Made by a program: the position numbers and the translations under genes | The notes under the pieces: model-generated | What the model was told of the DNA's origin: nothing | What the model saw: only the letters and a program-made list of their open reading frames with translations | The model's database searches: none | Part shown: in pieces, positions 1 through 9,193 of the stretch | How positions within the stretch are numbered: position 1 is the stretch's first letter | Layout: each line of letters opens with the position of its first letter | Source: Bacilli bacterium | GTDB lineage: Bacteria > Bacillota_I > Bacilli_A > RF39 > UBA660 | DNA: 60,117 nucleotides | Assembly (NCBI GenBank): GCA_017432645.1 | Contig: JAFRIU010000032.1 | Span: 1-60,117 of the forward strand | Direction: 5' to 3'

Positions 1-141
1 GAAAAAGAGAAAGAAAAAACAGAAGAGAAGCAACCAGTAGAAGCTATTATTTGTCCAGAAGATGCTACGGTAGAAAATCAATCTTGTGTTTGTAATGATA
101 AAGAAAAAACTTATGATGCTTCTTCAAAAAGTTGTAAATAA
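1..141 (+). CDS. 3' end of a gene running in from outside the window; Cys-containing C-terminus (EKEKEKTEEKQPVEAIICPEDATVENQSCVCNDKEKTYDASSKSCK*)
   Basis: Frame 1 is open to TAA at 139-141, followed directly by a hairpin; manual translation. Confidence 0.75.
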   Translation, partial: EKEKEKTEEKQPVEAIICPEDATVENQSCVCNDKEKTYDASSKSCK

Positions 142-170
142 AAATATCCACAGAAATTGTGGATATTTTT
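141..170. terminator. Probable bidirectional intrinsic terminator between convergent genes; also a TCCAC-N7-GTGGA palindrome
   Basis: AAAATATCCACA-GAAAT-TGTGGATATTTT inverted repeat with A/T flanks. Confidence 0.75.
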
Positions 171-1781
171 TTAACTTAAATTCATGATATTTCCGTCTTC
201 TACATCTATGATTTCATAATTTGGTTTTCTAGATAATCCTGGCATAATCATAATATCTCCTAAAAGAACAGTAATAAACTCTGCTCCTCCATATAGACGA
301 ATATCTTTTACGGTTACTTCAAAGTCTTTTGGAACTCCTACTTTTTTTGCATCATCTGAGAAAGAATATTGTGTTTTTGCGATACAAACCGGTAAGTTTG
401 CTTTTTTATTTTTTTCAAACACTTTAATTTTATCTAGTATTTCCTTACTGATTATGACCTTTTTTGCTCCATAGATTTCTTTGCAAATTGTATTGATCTT
501 ATCCTTAATGGAATCTTCTGTAGAGTATAAATAATGGAAATCTTGCTTTTTACACTTTAGAACTTCATTTGCTAAATCCATAGCTCCGTCACTACCTTTT
601 AGGTAAGCATTGCTGATAGCAAAATGGTATCCTTTTTCCTTACAATGAGCTCTTAGCTTTTCAATTTCTTCCTCGGTATCTGTATGATATTGATTCAAAC
701 AAACAACTACTGGTACTCCAAATTTTTGAAGATTTTCATAATGTTTATCTAAATTGGCAAAACCAGCTTCTAAAGCACTCATGTTTTCCTCAAAGATTTC
801 TGCTTTTGGAACTCCTCCATGATATTTTAGTGCTTTGATCGTTGAAACTAATACAACTGCACTTGGTTCTAGATTCCCAATTCTGCATTTAATATCTAAG
901 AATTTTTCAGCACCTAGATCGGCTCCAAAACCAGCTTCTGTTACTACGTAGTCAGCAAGTGTTAAAGCAGTACGTGTTCCAATAATACTGTTGCATCCAT
1001 GCGCAATGTTAGCGAATGGTCCTCCATGGATAATAGCTGGTGTGTTTTCTAGAGTTTGTACTAGATTAGGCATAAATGCATCTTTTAAAAGGGCTACTAA
1101 GGATCCCTCTAAATTCAAATCATGAACTGTTACATACTCTTTTTTACTATTGATTCCTACTATGATATTTCCAAGTCTTCTTCTTAAATCCTCTAGAGAA
1201 GTTGCTAGGCAGAACAAAGCCATAATCTCACTAGCAGAAGTAATGGCAAAAGACTCTTTTCTAGTTCCTAAATCTACTTCTCTTAAAGCTCTATCATTTA
1301 CATCTAAGCAACGATGGAATGTTACTTCTTGAATATCTAGACTGTTTCCAAAATAAATATGGTTATCAATCGCTGCACAAATTAAATTATTGGCAGAAGT
1401 AATAGCATGAAAATCTCCGGTAAAATGAAGATTAATCTCTTCCATTGGAACTACTTGAGAGTATCCTCCTCCGGTTGCGCCTCCCTTCATACCAAAAACT
1501 GGTCCCATAGATGGTTCTCTTAATGCTACAATTGTTTTTTTACCCATCTTAGATAAAGCATCCGCAAGACCTATACTAACAGTAGTTTTTCCTTCTCCAA
1601 AAGGAGTTGGACTAATGGCTGTTACTAGAATTAATTTTCCCTTTGGCTTATCACATATTTTCTTTATCTTAGCCTTTTCTTCTCCGTATAAAAGTAAATC
1701 TTTCTCTGTAAGGGCTATTTTTTTTGCTACATCTCCAATAAACTCTTTTTTACTGTTTCTGGATATTTCTATGTCTGTCAT
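171..1781 (-). CDS. fhs: Formate--tetrahydrofolate ligase
   Basis: TAISPTPFGEGKTT, KGGATGGGYSQV, HGGPFANIAHG and VTEAGFGADLGAEKF motifs. Confidence 0.97.
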   Translation of the reverse strand: MTDIEISRNSKKEFIGDVAKKIALTEKDLLLYGEEKAKIKKICDKPKGKLILVTAISPTPFGEGKTTVSIGLADALSKMGKKTIVALREPSMGPVFGMKGGATGGGYSQVVPMEEINLHFTGDFHAITSANNLICAAIDNHIYFGNSLDIQEVTFHRCLDVNDRALREVDLGTRKESFAITSASEIMALFCLATSLEDLRRRLGNIIVGINSKKEYVTVHDLNLEGSLVALLKDAFMPNLVQTLENTPAIIHGGPFANIAHGCNSIIGTRTALTLADYVVTEAGFGADLGAEKFLDIKCRIGNLEPSAVVLVSTIKALKYHGGVPKAEIFEENMSALEAGFANLDKHYENLQKFGVPVVVCLNQYHTDTEEEIEKLRAHCKEKGYHFAISNAYLKGSDGAMDLANEVLKCKKQDFHYLYSTEDSIKDKINTICKEIYGAKKVIISKEILDKIKVFEKNKKANLPVCIAKTQYSFSDDAKKVGVPKDFEVTVKDIRLYGGAEFITVLLGDIMIMPGLSRKPNYEIIDVEDGNIMNLS

Positions 1782-1987
1782 AAAATCACCTCGTAGATAT
1801 TATATATCAATCATTTGTTTTTTGAAACTATTTTTTTCTTTGCTTCTTCGTTTTCCTTTTTTATTTTTTTCTTAAAGGTTTTTATATTTTCCTTCTTTTT
1901 CGGATATAGAAATAGAAAAAGTAAGATTTGGCAATTAAAAAGAAACATGATAGGATCCTACTCGTTAAGAAAAAAGGAGGGATTTTT

Positions 1988-3397
1988 ATCAAAAAAATAA
2001 ATATTTTCTTAATACTATTTTCTCTTTTCCTGATGATTCCAGTAAAAGCAGAGACAACCAGTTTTTATGAAGCAGAATACATTGATAATATTTATATGAA
2101 TAAGTATCAATACTCTACTCATACGATTTATTATCAAAAAGCTCGTTTTTTTCGAAAAGTAGGAACGGATGAATTTGCATATTGTATTGAACCATTTCGT
2201 TTTTTCAATGAAGGTGCGACTTATCAATCTAGTTTTCAACTAGATACTCTTTCAAAGGAACAGATAGAGTCTATGACAAAAATTGCTTATTATGGATATG
2301 GTTATTCTAATCATACGGATCCTAAGTGGTATGCCATTACTCAACTTATGATTTGGCAAATTGCTTCTTCTGATGGAGAATACTATTTTACAGATTCTTT
2401 GAATGGAAATCGAATCGATATTTTTCAAGAAGAGATGAACGAAATCTACTCTTTGATTGAAATGGATACTATTCTTCCTAGCTTTTCTGGTGGCAGTTTC
2501 GATATTGTAGAAAATCATGAACTCATTTTGGAAGATGAAAATCATGTTCTTCATTCATTCACTAATGAAGAAAATTTAATTGTAGAAGATTTTTTCAAAA
2601 TTGGGCCGTTGGAGGCTGGTTCTTATGAATTTTCTTTTCAAAAGGAACTTTTCTATCAAAAACCGTTTTTATTCTATCAATCAGAAAATAGTCAAAACCT
2701 ACTAGAGACAGGAGATATTACACCAATAGATGCAAAAATAAGGGTTCATGTTATTCCAACTCATTTAGAAATTAGTAAAATTGATCAGGATACTAAGTCC
2801 GTGATTCCTAGTGGGGAGGCTTCTTTGGATGGTGCAGTCTATTCTTTATATGACTGTCAAAATCGTTTTATTCAAGATCTAGTTATTGAAGAAAATCAAG
2901 CACTTCTTTCTAATCTGGATTTTGGAAATTATTTAATTCAAGAAAAGAAAGCTGGAGAGGGATATCTTCTTGATCAGAAAAGTTATAAGTTTTCTATTAC
3001 CAAAGAAAATCCTAGAGTTTCTCTTGTTCTTAAGAATCAAGTAATTAAAAAAAGAATACTTTTAGAAAAACAATATGGTGAAGAAGGTAATTTGAAAAAA
3101 GAAGCGAATGTTTCTTTCTATATCAAGAATAAAAAGGGAGAAATCATTCAAACGGTTACTACAAATGAGGAAGGGCAAGTGGATTTTTTTCTTCCATATG
3201 GTAGTTATCAAATCATTCAGAAAAACACTACAGAGGGATATCAGAAGACTAAACCATTTACCATTGTAGTTTCTGATTGTGAAGAGAAGCTTCTTTCGCT
3301 TATCGATTGGATGATTCCTGTTCCAGATACTCATACAGAGAAAAACTGGTCTTGGTTTGTTTATCTTCTTTATGCTCTTTGGATGATTTTATGCTAA
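1988..3397 (+). CDS. Sortase-anchored surface protein with Cys-Gln thioester domain and SpaA/CnaB-like repeats
   Basis: Signal peptide, YCIEP and AITQLMIW thioester motifs, E-box-like YLIQEKKAGEGY, C-terminal VPDT plus hydrophobic tail. Likely start ATC at 1988 behind AAGGAGG (ORF track starts at 1928). Confidence 0.8.
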   Translation: MKKINIFLILFSLFLMIPVKAETTSFYEAEYIDNIYMNKYQYSTHTIYYQKARFFRKVGTDEFAYCIEPFRFFNEGATYQSSFQLDTLSKEQIESMTKIAYYGYGYSNHTDPKWYAITQLMIWQIASSDGEYYFTDSLNGNRIDIFQEEMNEIYSLIEMDTILPSFSGGSFDIVENHELILEDENHVLHSFTNEENLIVEDFFKIGPLEAGSYEFSFQKELFYQKPFLFYQSENSQNLLETGDITPIDAKIRVHVIPTHLEISKIDQDTKSVIPSGEASLDGAVYSLYDCQNRFIQDLVIEENQALLSNLDFGNYLIQEKKAGEGYLLDQKSYKFSITKENPRVSLVLKNQVIKKRILLEKQYGEEGNLKKEANVSFYIKNKKGEIIQTVTTNEEGQVDFFLPYGSYQIIQKNTTEGYQKTKPFTIVVSDCEEKLLSLIDWMIPVPDTHTEKNWSWFVYLLYALWMILC

Positions 3398-3909
3398 GAA
3401 GTCTACTTTTTTGGTTCCTTATTTCTTTTTTTCTTCATTTTCCAACTACTTCCACTGTTTATTCCTATGATATTTCTTATCATGGTGAGGCTATTCCAAT
3501 CATTCGTGAGGAGGAAAAACCTATTGGCACTCTCTTTATTCCAAGAATCCATTTAAAACAATCCTTTTATAGTAAAGATAGTCTTGAAAATACAATTGAG
3601 AAGCATGTATCCATTCTAAAGGAATCCCCTCCTCCATCTTATGAAAATAGTCTTTTCTTATTAGCTGCTCATTCTGGAGAAGGAGAAGTTGCCTACTTTG
3701 AAGAATTAAATCAATTAGAAATAGGAGATTCCGTAGAAATCACCTATGAAGGAGTTGCTTATTCTTATTTAATTGATTCTATTTGGGAAGAAGAAAAGAC
3801 TGGTTATATCCATGTTCCAAGTGGTGAAGGAAGGCAACTTATTTTGACTACATGTAGTCCAGGAAAGAAAAATACTCAGTTAATTATTTATTGCATTGAG
3901 GATATTTAA
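3391..3909 (+). CDS. Sortase
   Basis: LAAHSG (His) and LTTC (Cys) motifs, N-terminal membrane anchor; ATG at 3391 overlaps the end of the substrate gene. Confidence 0.88.
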   Translation: MLRSLLFWFLISFFLHFPTTSTVYSYDISYHGEAIPIIREEEKPIGTLFIPRIHLKQSFYSKDSLENTIEKHVSILKESPPPSYENSLFLLAAHSGEGEVAYFEELNQLEIGDSVEITYEGVAYSYLIDSIWEEEKTGYIHVPSGEGRQLILTTCSPGKKNTQLIIYCIEDI

Positions 3910-3938
3910 AAAAGTTTAGTATTTCTACTAAACTTTTT
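3909..3938. terminator. Bidirectional terminator between sortase and ctpA
   Basis: AAAAGTTTAGTA-TTTC-TACTAAACTTTT. Confidence 0.75.
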
Positions 3939-5166
3939 CTTGCATTTTTCCTAATTCTTGAATCGCTACTTGCAATTGTGTATCGTTTTCTACAGTAGGA
4001 TTTTCATAGTATGTTTCTGTTTGCTTAATTTCTATATCTGGAAGAAGTCCTGTATCATTTAACCATGCTCCTTTGGCTGTTAACCATTTCTCTGTTGTAT
4101 ATTTAATACTGGTTCCATTAGATAAGGTTTGAGACTTTTGGACTGTTCCTTTTCCATAAGAACGAGTTCCTATTACAATGGATTTTTCATAGTTTTCTTG
4201 GAAGCAAGAAGCTAGTATTTCTGAAGCTGAAGCACTACTTTCATTGACTAATACTGCAACAGGATAAGATCTACTTTCTTTAGATGTAGAATAAATTGCT
4301 TCCACTTTTCCTTTTGATTCAATTTGATATAGCACAGTCTTTTTAGGGAAGAATAAACTTAAAATCTTCTTTGTTTGATCTAGATGTCCTCCAAAGTTAT
4401 TACGAACATCAATTACTAGACTGCTTATATTCTCTTTTTCTACTTTTTGTAAGGCTTTTTTGAATTGTTTATAAGTATTAGATGCGAAGGATGTAATTTG
4501 GATATATCCTATACCAGAATCTAGTACTTCACTATTTACAGACGGAAGTGGGATAGTATCTCTCTTCATTTGGAAGGTTAAAACCTCTCCTTGTCTTTCT
4601 ACGGTAATGGAAACAGACGTACCCTTTTCTCCACGTACTAGTGTCGCAAGTTCTGATGGTGCTAAAGTTCTTGCTCCTACCGTGTCTACCATAACAATGA
4701 TATCATCTGTTTTTAATCCTGCTTTTTCCGCTGGACTATCCTCTAGTACTTCGATAATACGGTTACCTGTAGATTCTAATAAGATTGTTACTCCAATTCC
4801 AGTGAAAGAACCGTCCACTGTTTCTTTAAAGTTATCACTTTCTTCTTTATCTAAATAACTAGAATAGGGATCTCCTAGTGATTCTACCATACCTTTGATT
4901 GCAGCATTAGCTAGATCATCTTCTGAAACGCCTGGATAATAATTATCAGAAAGTTCATGATAGGTATTAATTATCTCATCTATTTTAGAGTACTTAGAAA
5001 TCTTATTGGTATAAGTAATCATATAGCCCATGATGACTCCAAATATTACAGAAATAAAGATAATCATTACTACTTCTAACATGGAGAATGTAGCAGATTC
5101 CGCATTCTTTTTCTTATTCTTCTTTTTCTTCTTAAATAAATTCTTTTTTAGGTTGTTCCAACTCAT
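3928..5166 (-). CDS. ctpA: S41 C-terminal processing peptidase with PDZ domain
   Basis: LGDPYS, FTGIGV, DVRNNFGG, SASASE and GKGTVQ motifs; N-terminal TM. Confidence 0.92.
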   Translation of the reverse strand: MSWNNLKKNLFKKKKKNKKKNAESATFSMLEVVMIIFISVIFGVIMGYMITYTNKISKYSKIDEIINTYHELSDNYYPGVSEDDLANAAIKGMVESLGDPYSSYLDKEESDNFKETVDGSFTGIGVTILLESTGNRIIEVLEDSPAEKAGLKTDDIIVMVDTVGARTLAPSELATLVRGEKGTSVSITVERQGEVLTFQMKRDTIPLPSVNSEVLDSGIGYIQITSFASNTYKQFKKALQKVEKENISSLVIDVRNNFGGHLDQTKKILSLFFPKKTVLYQIESKGKVEAIYSTSKESRSYPVAVLVNESSASASEILASCFQENYEKSIVIGTRSYGKGTVQKSQTLSNGTSIKYTTEKWLTAKGAWLNDTGLLPDIEIKQTETYYENPTVENDTQLQVAIQELGKMQEKV

Positions 5167-5244
5167 GCTTACACCTCTTATCTTCTAATCTATCGTATCA
5201 CAAAAATTAAAAAAAGAAAATTAAAAGACAGAAAAAACTGTCTT

Positions 5245-5781
5245 TTATGCATTCAAATAATTTGTTATAGAATCGATTCCTTCTATGTAGTCTACTGATT
5301 TCTTTTCTTGTACTTTAATTAAAGTAGGACCATTGATGGATAGTTCTTCTGCGGAAGAAGGATTCTTATTAGATTCTCCCTCTGTCTGATGTGCTTTATT
5401 GAAGCCTCTGTTCATATCGACAAAGTAAATCGAATTTTCTCCATGACTTGCTTCATAATTAGTAAACAACTCTTCACATGTAGAAGCTTCTTCCTTGCTA
5501 CTATCATAATACAATACTAAGTATTCTCCATCACTCATAGCAAAACTTCTTCCTAAAAGAATTTCGGAAGAAGAAACTTTCTCTTCTTCTGTTTCTGTAT
5601 TCTTCTTCTTTGTTGTTCTACTATTGGTAATGTAGACTGTTAATAAATAGAAAGCTAAGAAAACAATCACAACGCTAAGGAAAACAATCCACTTACCATC
5701 TACTATTGCTTCTGAACCATATCTTTCTAATTTTCTTTCTTCTCTTCTTTTTTTGCCTTGATTATTTTTTCCTCTTTTCAT
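5245..5781 (-). CDS. Membrane-anchored hypothetical protein, possibly thioredoxin-like fold without CxxC
   Basis: One TM, then YLVLYYD...IYFVDM...GPTLIKV pattern; RBS AGGTGG before ATG 5781. Confidence 0.6.
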   Translation of the reverse strand: MKRGKNNQGKKRREERKLERYGSEAIVDGKWIVFLSVVIVFLAFYLLTVYITNSRTTKKKNTETEEEKVSSSEILLGRSFAMSDGEYLVLYYDSSKEEASTCEELFTNYEASHGENSIYFVDMNRGFNKAHQTEGESNKNPSSAEELSINGPTLIKVQEKKSVDYIEGIDSITNYLNA

Positions 5782-5841
5782 ATAAACCACCTGAAATCAT
5801 TATATCACAAGAAAATCTAAGAAGTAAAACAAATATATGGT

Positions 5842-6834
5842 TTATTTCATAGAAATGATACCAGTAATGGATTCTGCTACTTCTATTAATTCTTCTGTAC
5901 TCATCACATCACTTACTAAATAATAATCCATTCCATTACTTGACCAAGATAGAGAGTTTTCTGTCATCACACCCAAAGTATCCATTAGAAAATATGGTTC
6001 TCCAAAAGATGGAATGATTGTAAATTCTTGGAATACATCAGATGTTTCCTCTACTAATAAGAAGGACTTTTCTCCATCATAATTCATCATGACTCTTTCT
6101 CCGTTGGTTTTAGCAATCTTTTCTTCACTTATTAACTTCGTACCCTCTGGGACATAAAGAGGGTAAATAATATCTTCTAAGACTCCACTTTCTTCTGTTT
6201 GTTCCTCTGTTTCTTCCTTTATATACTGTTCAATATTAAAATCTTGCTTTTTCAAATTTGGAGAATATTTCATACTATCAAAGGTCATAGACATTACTTC
6301 TATTCCAGAAGAATCATATACTTTTACCTTTTTTAATTTTAAATCTTTGGAAAATACTACTTTTTCTGTAATAAATCTAGAGTTATTTGGATAATTCACA
6401 CTGGATTGGAAAATATAACTATCCTCTTTCTTTTCTATAACTGTTTTTTCATCTCTTTCTAAATCTCTTAGGATAGCATCTAATAGATAAATTTGAGAAT
6501 TTTCATAAGGCCAATCACTTTGAAAACGAAAACTTTTATTTAAAGATGGTGTTAATACATATACTCCATCATCATTTTTTAAAATAATTTGATTGTGATT
6601 ATTGGCTGTGTTGGTTAGTTCTACTTTATAATAATGGTCTTTTAAATAGGATACTTTTACTCGATATTGATAAACCTCTTCATGATTATGAACAGATAAA
6701 TCCCCAGATAACTCATATCCTTTACTCTTATCAAAGTCTTTTTGAATTTCTTTTAAAACATCTTTCTCATTCATTTTTTTACAACCTGTTAAGGTAAGAC
6801 AAAGTATGATTAATAATAAACCTATTCTTTTCAT
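5842..6834 (-). CDS. YdcC-like LolA-fold sporulation lipoprotein
   Basis: Lipobox LTGC; QIILKNDDGVYVLTPSLNKSFRFQSDWP matches the YdcC family as recalled. Confidence 0.8.
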   Translation of the reverse strand: MKRIGLLLIILCLTLTGCKKMNEKDVLKEIQKDFDKSKGYELSGDLSVHNHEEVYQYRVKVSYLKDHYYKVELTNTANNHNQIILKNDDGVYVLTPSLNKSFRFQSDWPYENSQIYLLDAILRDLERDEKTVIEKKEDSYIFQSSVNYPNNSRFITEKVVFSKDLKLKKVKVYDSSGIEVMSMTFDSMKYSPNLKKQDFNIEQYIKEETEEQTEESGVLEDIIYPLYVPEGTKLISEEKIAKTNGERVMMNYDGEKSFLLVEETSDVFQEFTIIPSFGEPYFLMDTLGVMTENSLSWSSNGMDYYLVSDVMSTEELIEVAESITGIISMK

Positions 6835-6921
6835 AATTATTCCTCTCATATTTCTAATTAAACATATGAATAAGAATTTATTATATTCCAAAAAAATCAG
6901 TTCTATTGAACTGACTTTTTA

Positions 6922-8277
6922 TTATTTTGCTGAAATACGAACTTTTACTTTCTTCGTCTTAGAAGTATAGGATAATTTCAAATCTGTTCCTGTTACTTGA
7001 ACTTCTACTTCATGTTCTCCTACACCATAGTTTTTCAAGTCAATGAATGCACGAATATCAGAATTATTAATCTTATTAATAGCTTCTTCGCTTCCGCTAA
7101 CTACTACTGTTACTTGACGATATTCGTCTGCTAGAGCTTGAACCTTTAGATTATCTGCTAGGCCTTCTGCTTGAACAGAAATATTTTCGAATTCTTTCGT
7201 AGATGAATTATCAATTACTACTTTTACAGTCATTGTCTTAGAACTCAATTCTGTAATTCCTTTAGGTTTTTTCAAAGTAACATTGTATTCTTTATTCTTT
7301 TCTAGGCCTGCTACATCGATTTCTACTTCTAACTGTTCAATTGAATCGATTGCTTCTTGAGTACCATATACGGTTACTTTAGAAATACTCGTGTCCATAG
7401 ATTTAATAGATTTTCCAAATGCTAATTCTCCAGTTGGTACAATCTTAACTGGAATTTCTTTACTTGGTGAAGTAATGGTGACATTAGCAGAAAGTGTACT
7501 TGGAACTACTTCTACATCTAGAATCTTTCCATCATCATCATAAGCAACTAATGGAATATCTTTTACCGTGATTTCTCCTGCTTTTGGATTAGGAATATTT
7601 TGAACATCTAATAGTGCCTTTACAGCAGCTACTTTATCTAGTTTATACTGTGCTCCCTTGATGATAGCTTCTGTACGATCGATTTCTACATTACTGATGT
7701 ATAATTTTGTATCTAGACTATCTTGATGCAAAATATCATATGTTAAAGTTCTATTTTCACTTACCTTCTCATAGATTGTTACCATTACTTGAGAAGGGTC
7801 TAGTTTATATTCTAGAGATTTTAATCTCTGAGTGTATTTCAAGGCAACTTTATGATTACCTGGCTTTAATCCAGTTAAATCTACACTTACTCCTTTAGAT
7901 GGAGATTGCTTTGCTAAGAAAATATGTCTTCTTTGACCTATTAATGTGATATCTACTGTTTCTGGAAGACCTTCGATAACATACAACTCTTCATTATAAA
8001 CAGCACTTACTGGTTGATTTGGTAAAATCTCTGCATATTGATTAATCATAGCAGTAGATTCTTGATCAATAATAATGAAAACAGCAAATGCTAATAATAA
8101 ACTGATAACTAATAAAACTGATTTTTTTCCTGAAACTTTATCGAAAGATTTTATTAAACTTCTTCCTATTTCCATTATTTTTAAGATAAACTTCGTAATA
8201 GGAACAATTAGCCATTTATCAAAGAATAATATGATATAACGAAGGATTTTTATAAAAAACTTACCTATTTTCTTCAT
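6922..8277 (-). CDS. cdaR: CdaR (YbbR-repeat) regulator of diadenylate cyclase
   Basis: Follows cdaA; TM plus repeated YbbR-like domains. Confidence 0.88.
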   Translation of the reverse strand: MKKIGKFFIKILRYIILFFDKWLIVPITKFILKIMEIGRSLIKSFDKVSGKKSVLLVISLLLAFAVFIIIDQESTAMINQYAEILPNQPVSAVYNEELYVIEGLPETVDITLIGQRRHIFLAKQSPSKGVSVDLTGLKPGNHKVALKYTQRLKSLEYKLDPSQVMVTIYEKVSENRTLTYDILHQDSLDTKLYISNVEIDRTEAIIKGAQYKLDKVAAVKALLDVQNIPNPKAGEITVKDIPLVAYDDDGKILDVEVVPSTLSANVTITSPSKEIPVKIVPTGELAFGKSIKSMDTSISKVTVYGTQEAIDSIEQLEVEIDVAGLEKNKEYNVTLKKPKGITELSSKTMTVKVVIDNSSTKEFENISVQAEGLADNLKVQALADEYRQVTVVVSGSEEAINKINNSDIRAFIDLKNYGVGEHEVEVQVTGTDLKLSYTSKTKKVKVRISAK

Positions 8278-9091
8278 ATGTCTCTCCCTCGCTTATTTCT
8301 TCTTCATAGTCTATTTCTTGTTTTGGCTTCAACTCATCAATTAGCATCATTCTTACATCGTCTAGTGTTAAGTTATATAGCATTTCTCCTTTTAAAGCAA
8401 TGGAAATCCTTCCTGTTTCTTCTGAGACTACGAGACAAATGGCATCGGTTTCTTCTGCAAGTCCTAGTGCCGCTCTATGTCTGGTTCCTAAATGTCTACT
8501 TACTTTTGGACTATTACTTGTTGGAAAAACAGCTCCTGCACACGTAATACGATTCCCTTGAATAATTACTCCTCCATCATGTAGAGGATTTCCCCTATAG
8601 AAAATGGAAATTAATAAATCACTGGATAAATCTGCATACAACTTCTTTGCTTTATCAATATAGTTTCCTAAGCTAATGTCTCTTTCAATTACAATTAAAG
8701 CTCCCATTCTTTCTTTTCTTAAGTAGTCAATGGTATTAATTAATTCATAAACCATACGTTCTCTTTCATCTACCGTAAGAACTTTATGTCTTCCTAGTAA
8801 TTGACTTCTACCAAGCTGTTCTAGAATCGTACGAATTTCTGGTTGGAAAATAATAATTAATGCAACTGGTCCCCATTGAATAATATAATCTAGTAGATAG
8901 CCAACTGTGATGAAATTAAAAACATCACTAACCCACTTCAAAAGAATAACGAAAGCGACTCCTTTAAAAATTAAAGAAAGTTTTACGTTATTTCGAATAT
9001 TTTTCAAAATATAATAAAATATAAACCAAACTAAAGAAATATCTACAATTTTTCTTAGTACATTTAACCCATCTAACAAAGTTATTGTCAT
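8261..9091 (-). CDS. cdaA: Diadenylate cyclase CdaA
   Basis: Three TMs, IIIFQPEIR, PLHDGG and GTRHRAA motifs. Confidence 0.95.
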   Translation of the reverse strand: MTITLLDGLNVLRKIVDISLVWFIFYYILKNIRNNVKLSLIFKGVAFVILLKWVSDVFNFITVGYLLDYIIQWGPVALIIIFQPEIRTILEQLGRSQLLGRHKVLTVDERERMVYELINTIDYLRKERMGALIVIERDISLGNYIDKAKKLYADLSSDLLISIFYRGNPLHDGGVIIQGNRITCAGAVFPTSNSPKVSRHLGTRHRAALGLAEETDAICLVVSEETGRISIALKGEMLYNLTLDDVRMMLIDELKPKQEIDYEEEISEGETYEENR

Positions 9092-9193
9092 TCCTTCATC
9101 TCCTCAAATATGGACCTTTTTCATACCATATTACTATACTATCATATCATTGATAGAGATATTTATCAACCAAAAGAAAAAAAGAAACCTCTT

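Noticed and set aside
1815-1915. T-rich tract and ORF 1815-2000; possible fhs riboswitch
   Set aside because: Low-complexity divergent promoter region; the fhs promoter is close to its RBS and no THF or ZTP riboswitch motif is recognisable
6855-6890. Sigma-E promoter for the YdcC-like gene (GAATA...CATATGTT)
   Set aside because: Plausible but the spacing is borderline in AT-rich DNA, so it is not listed as a feature
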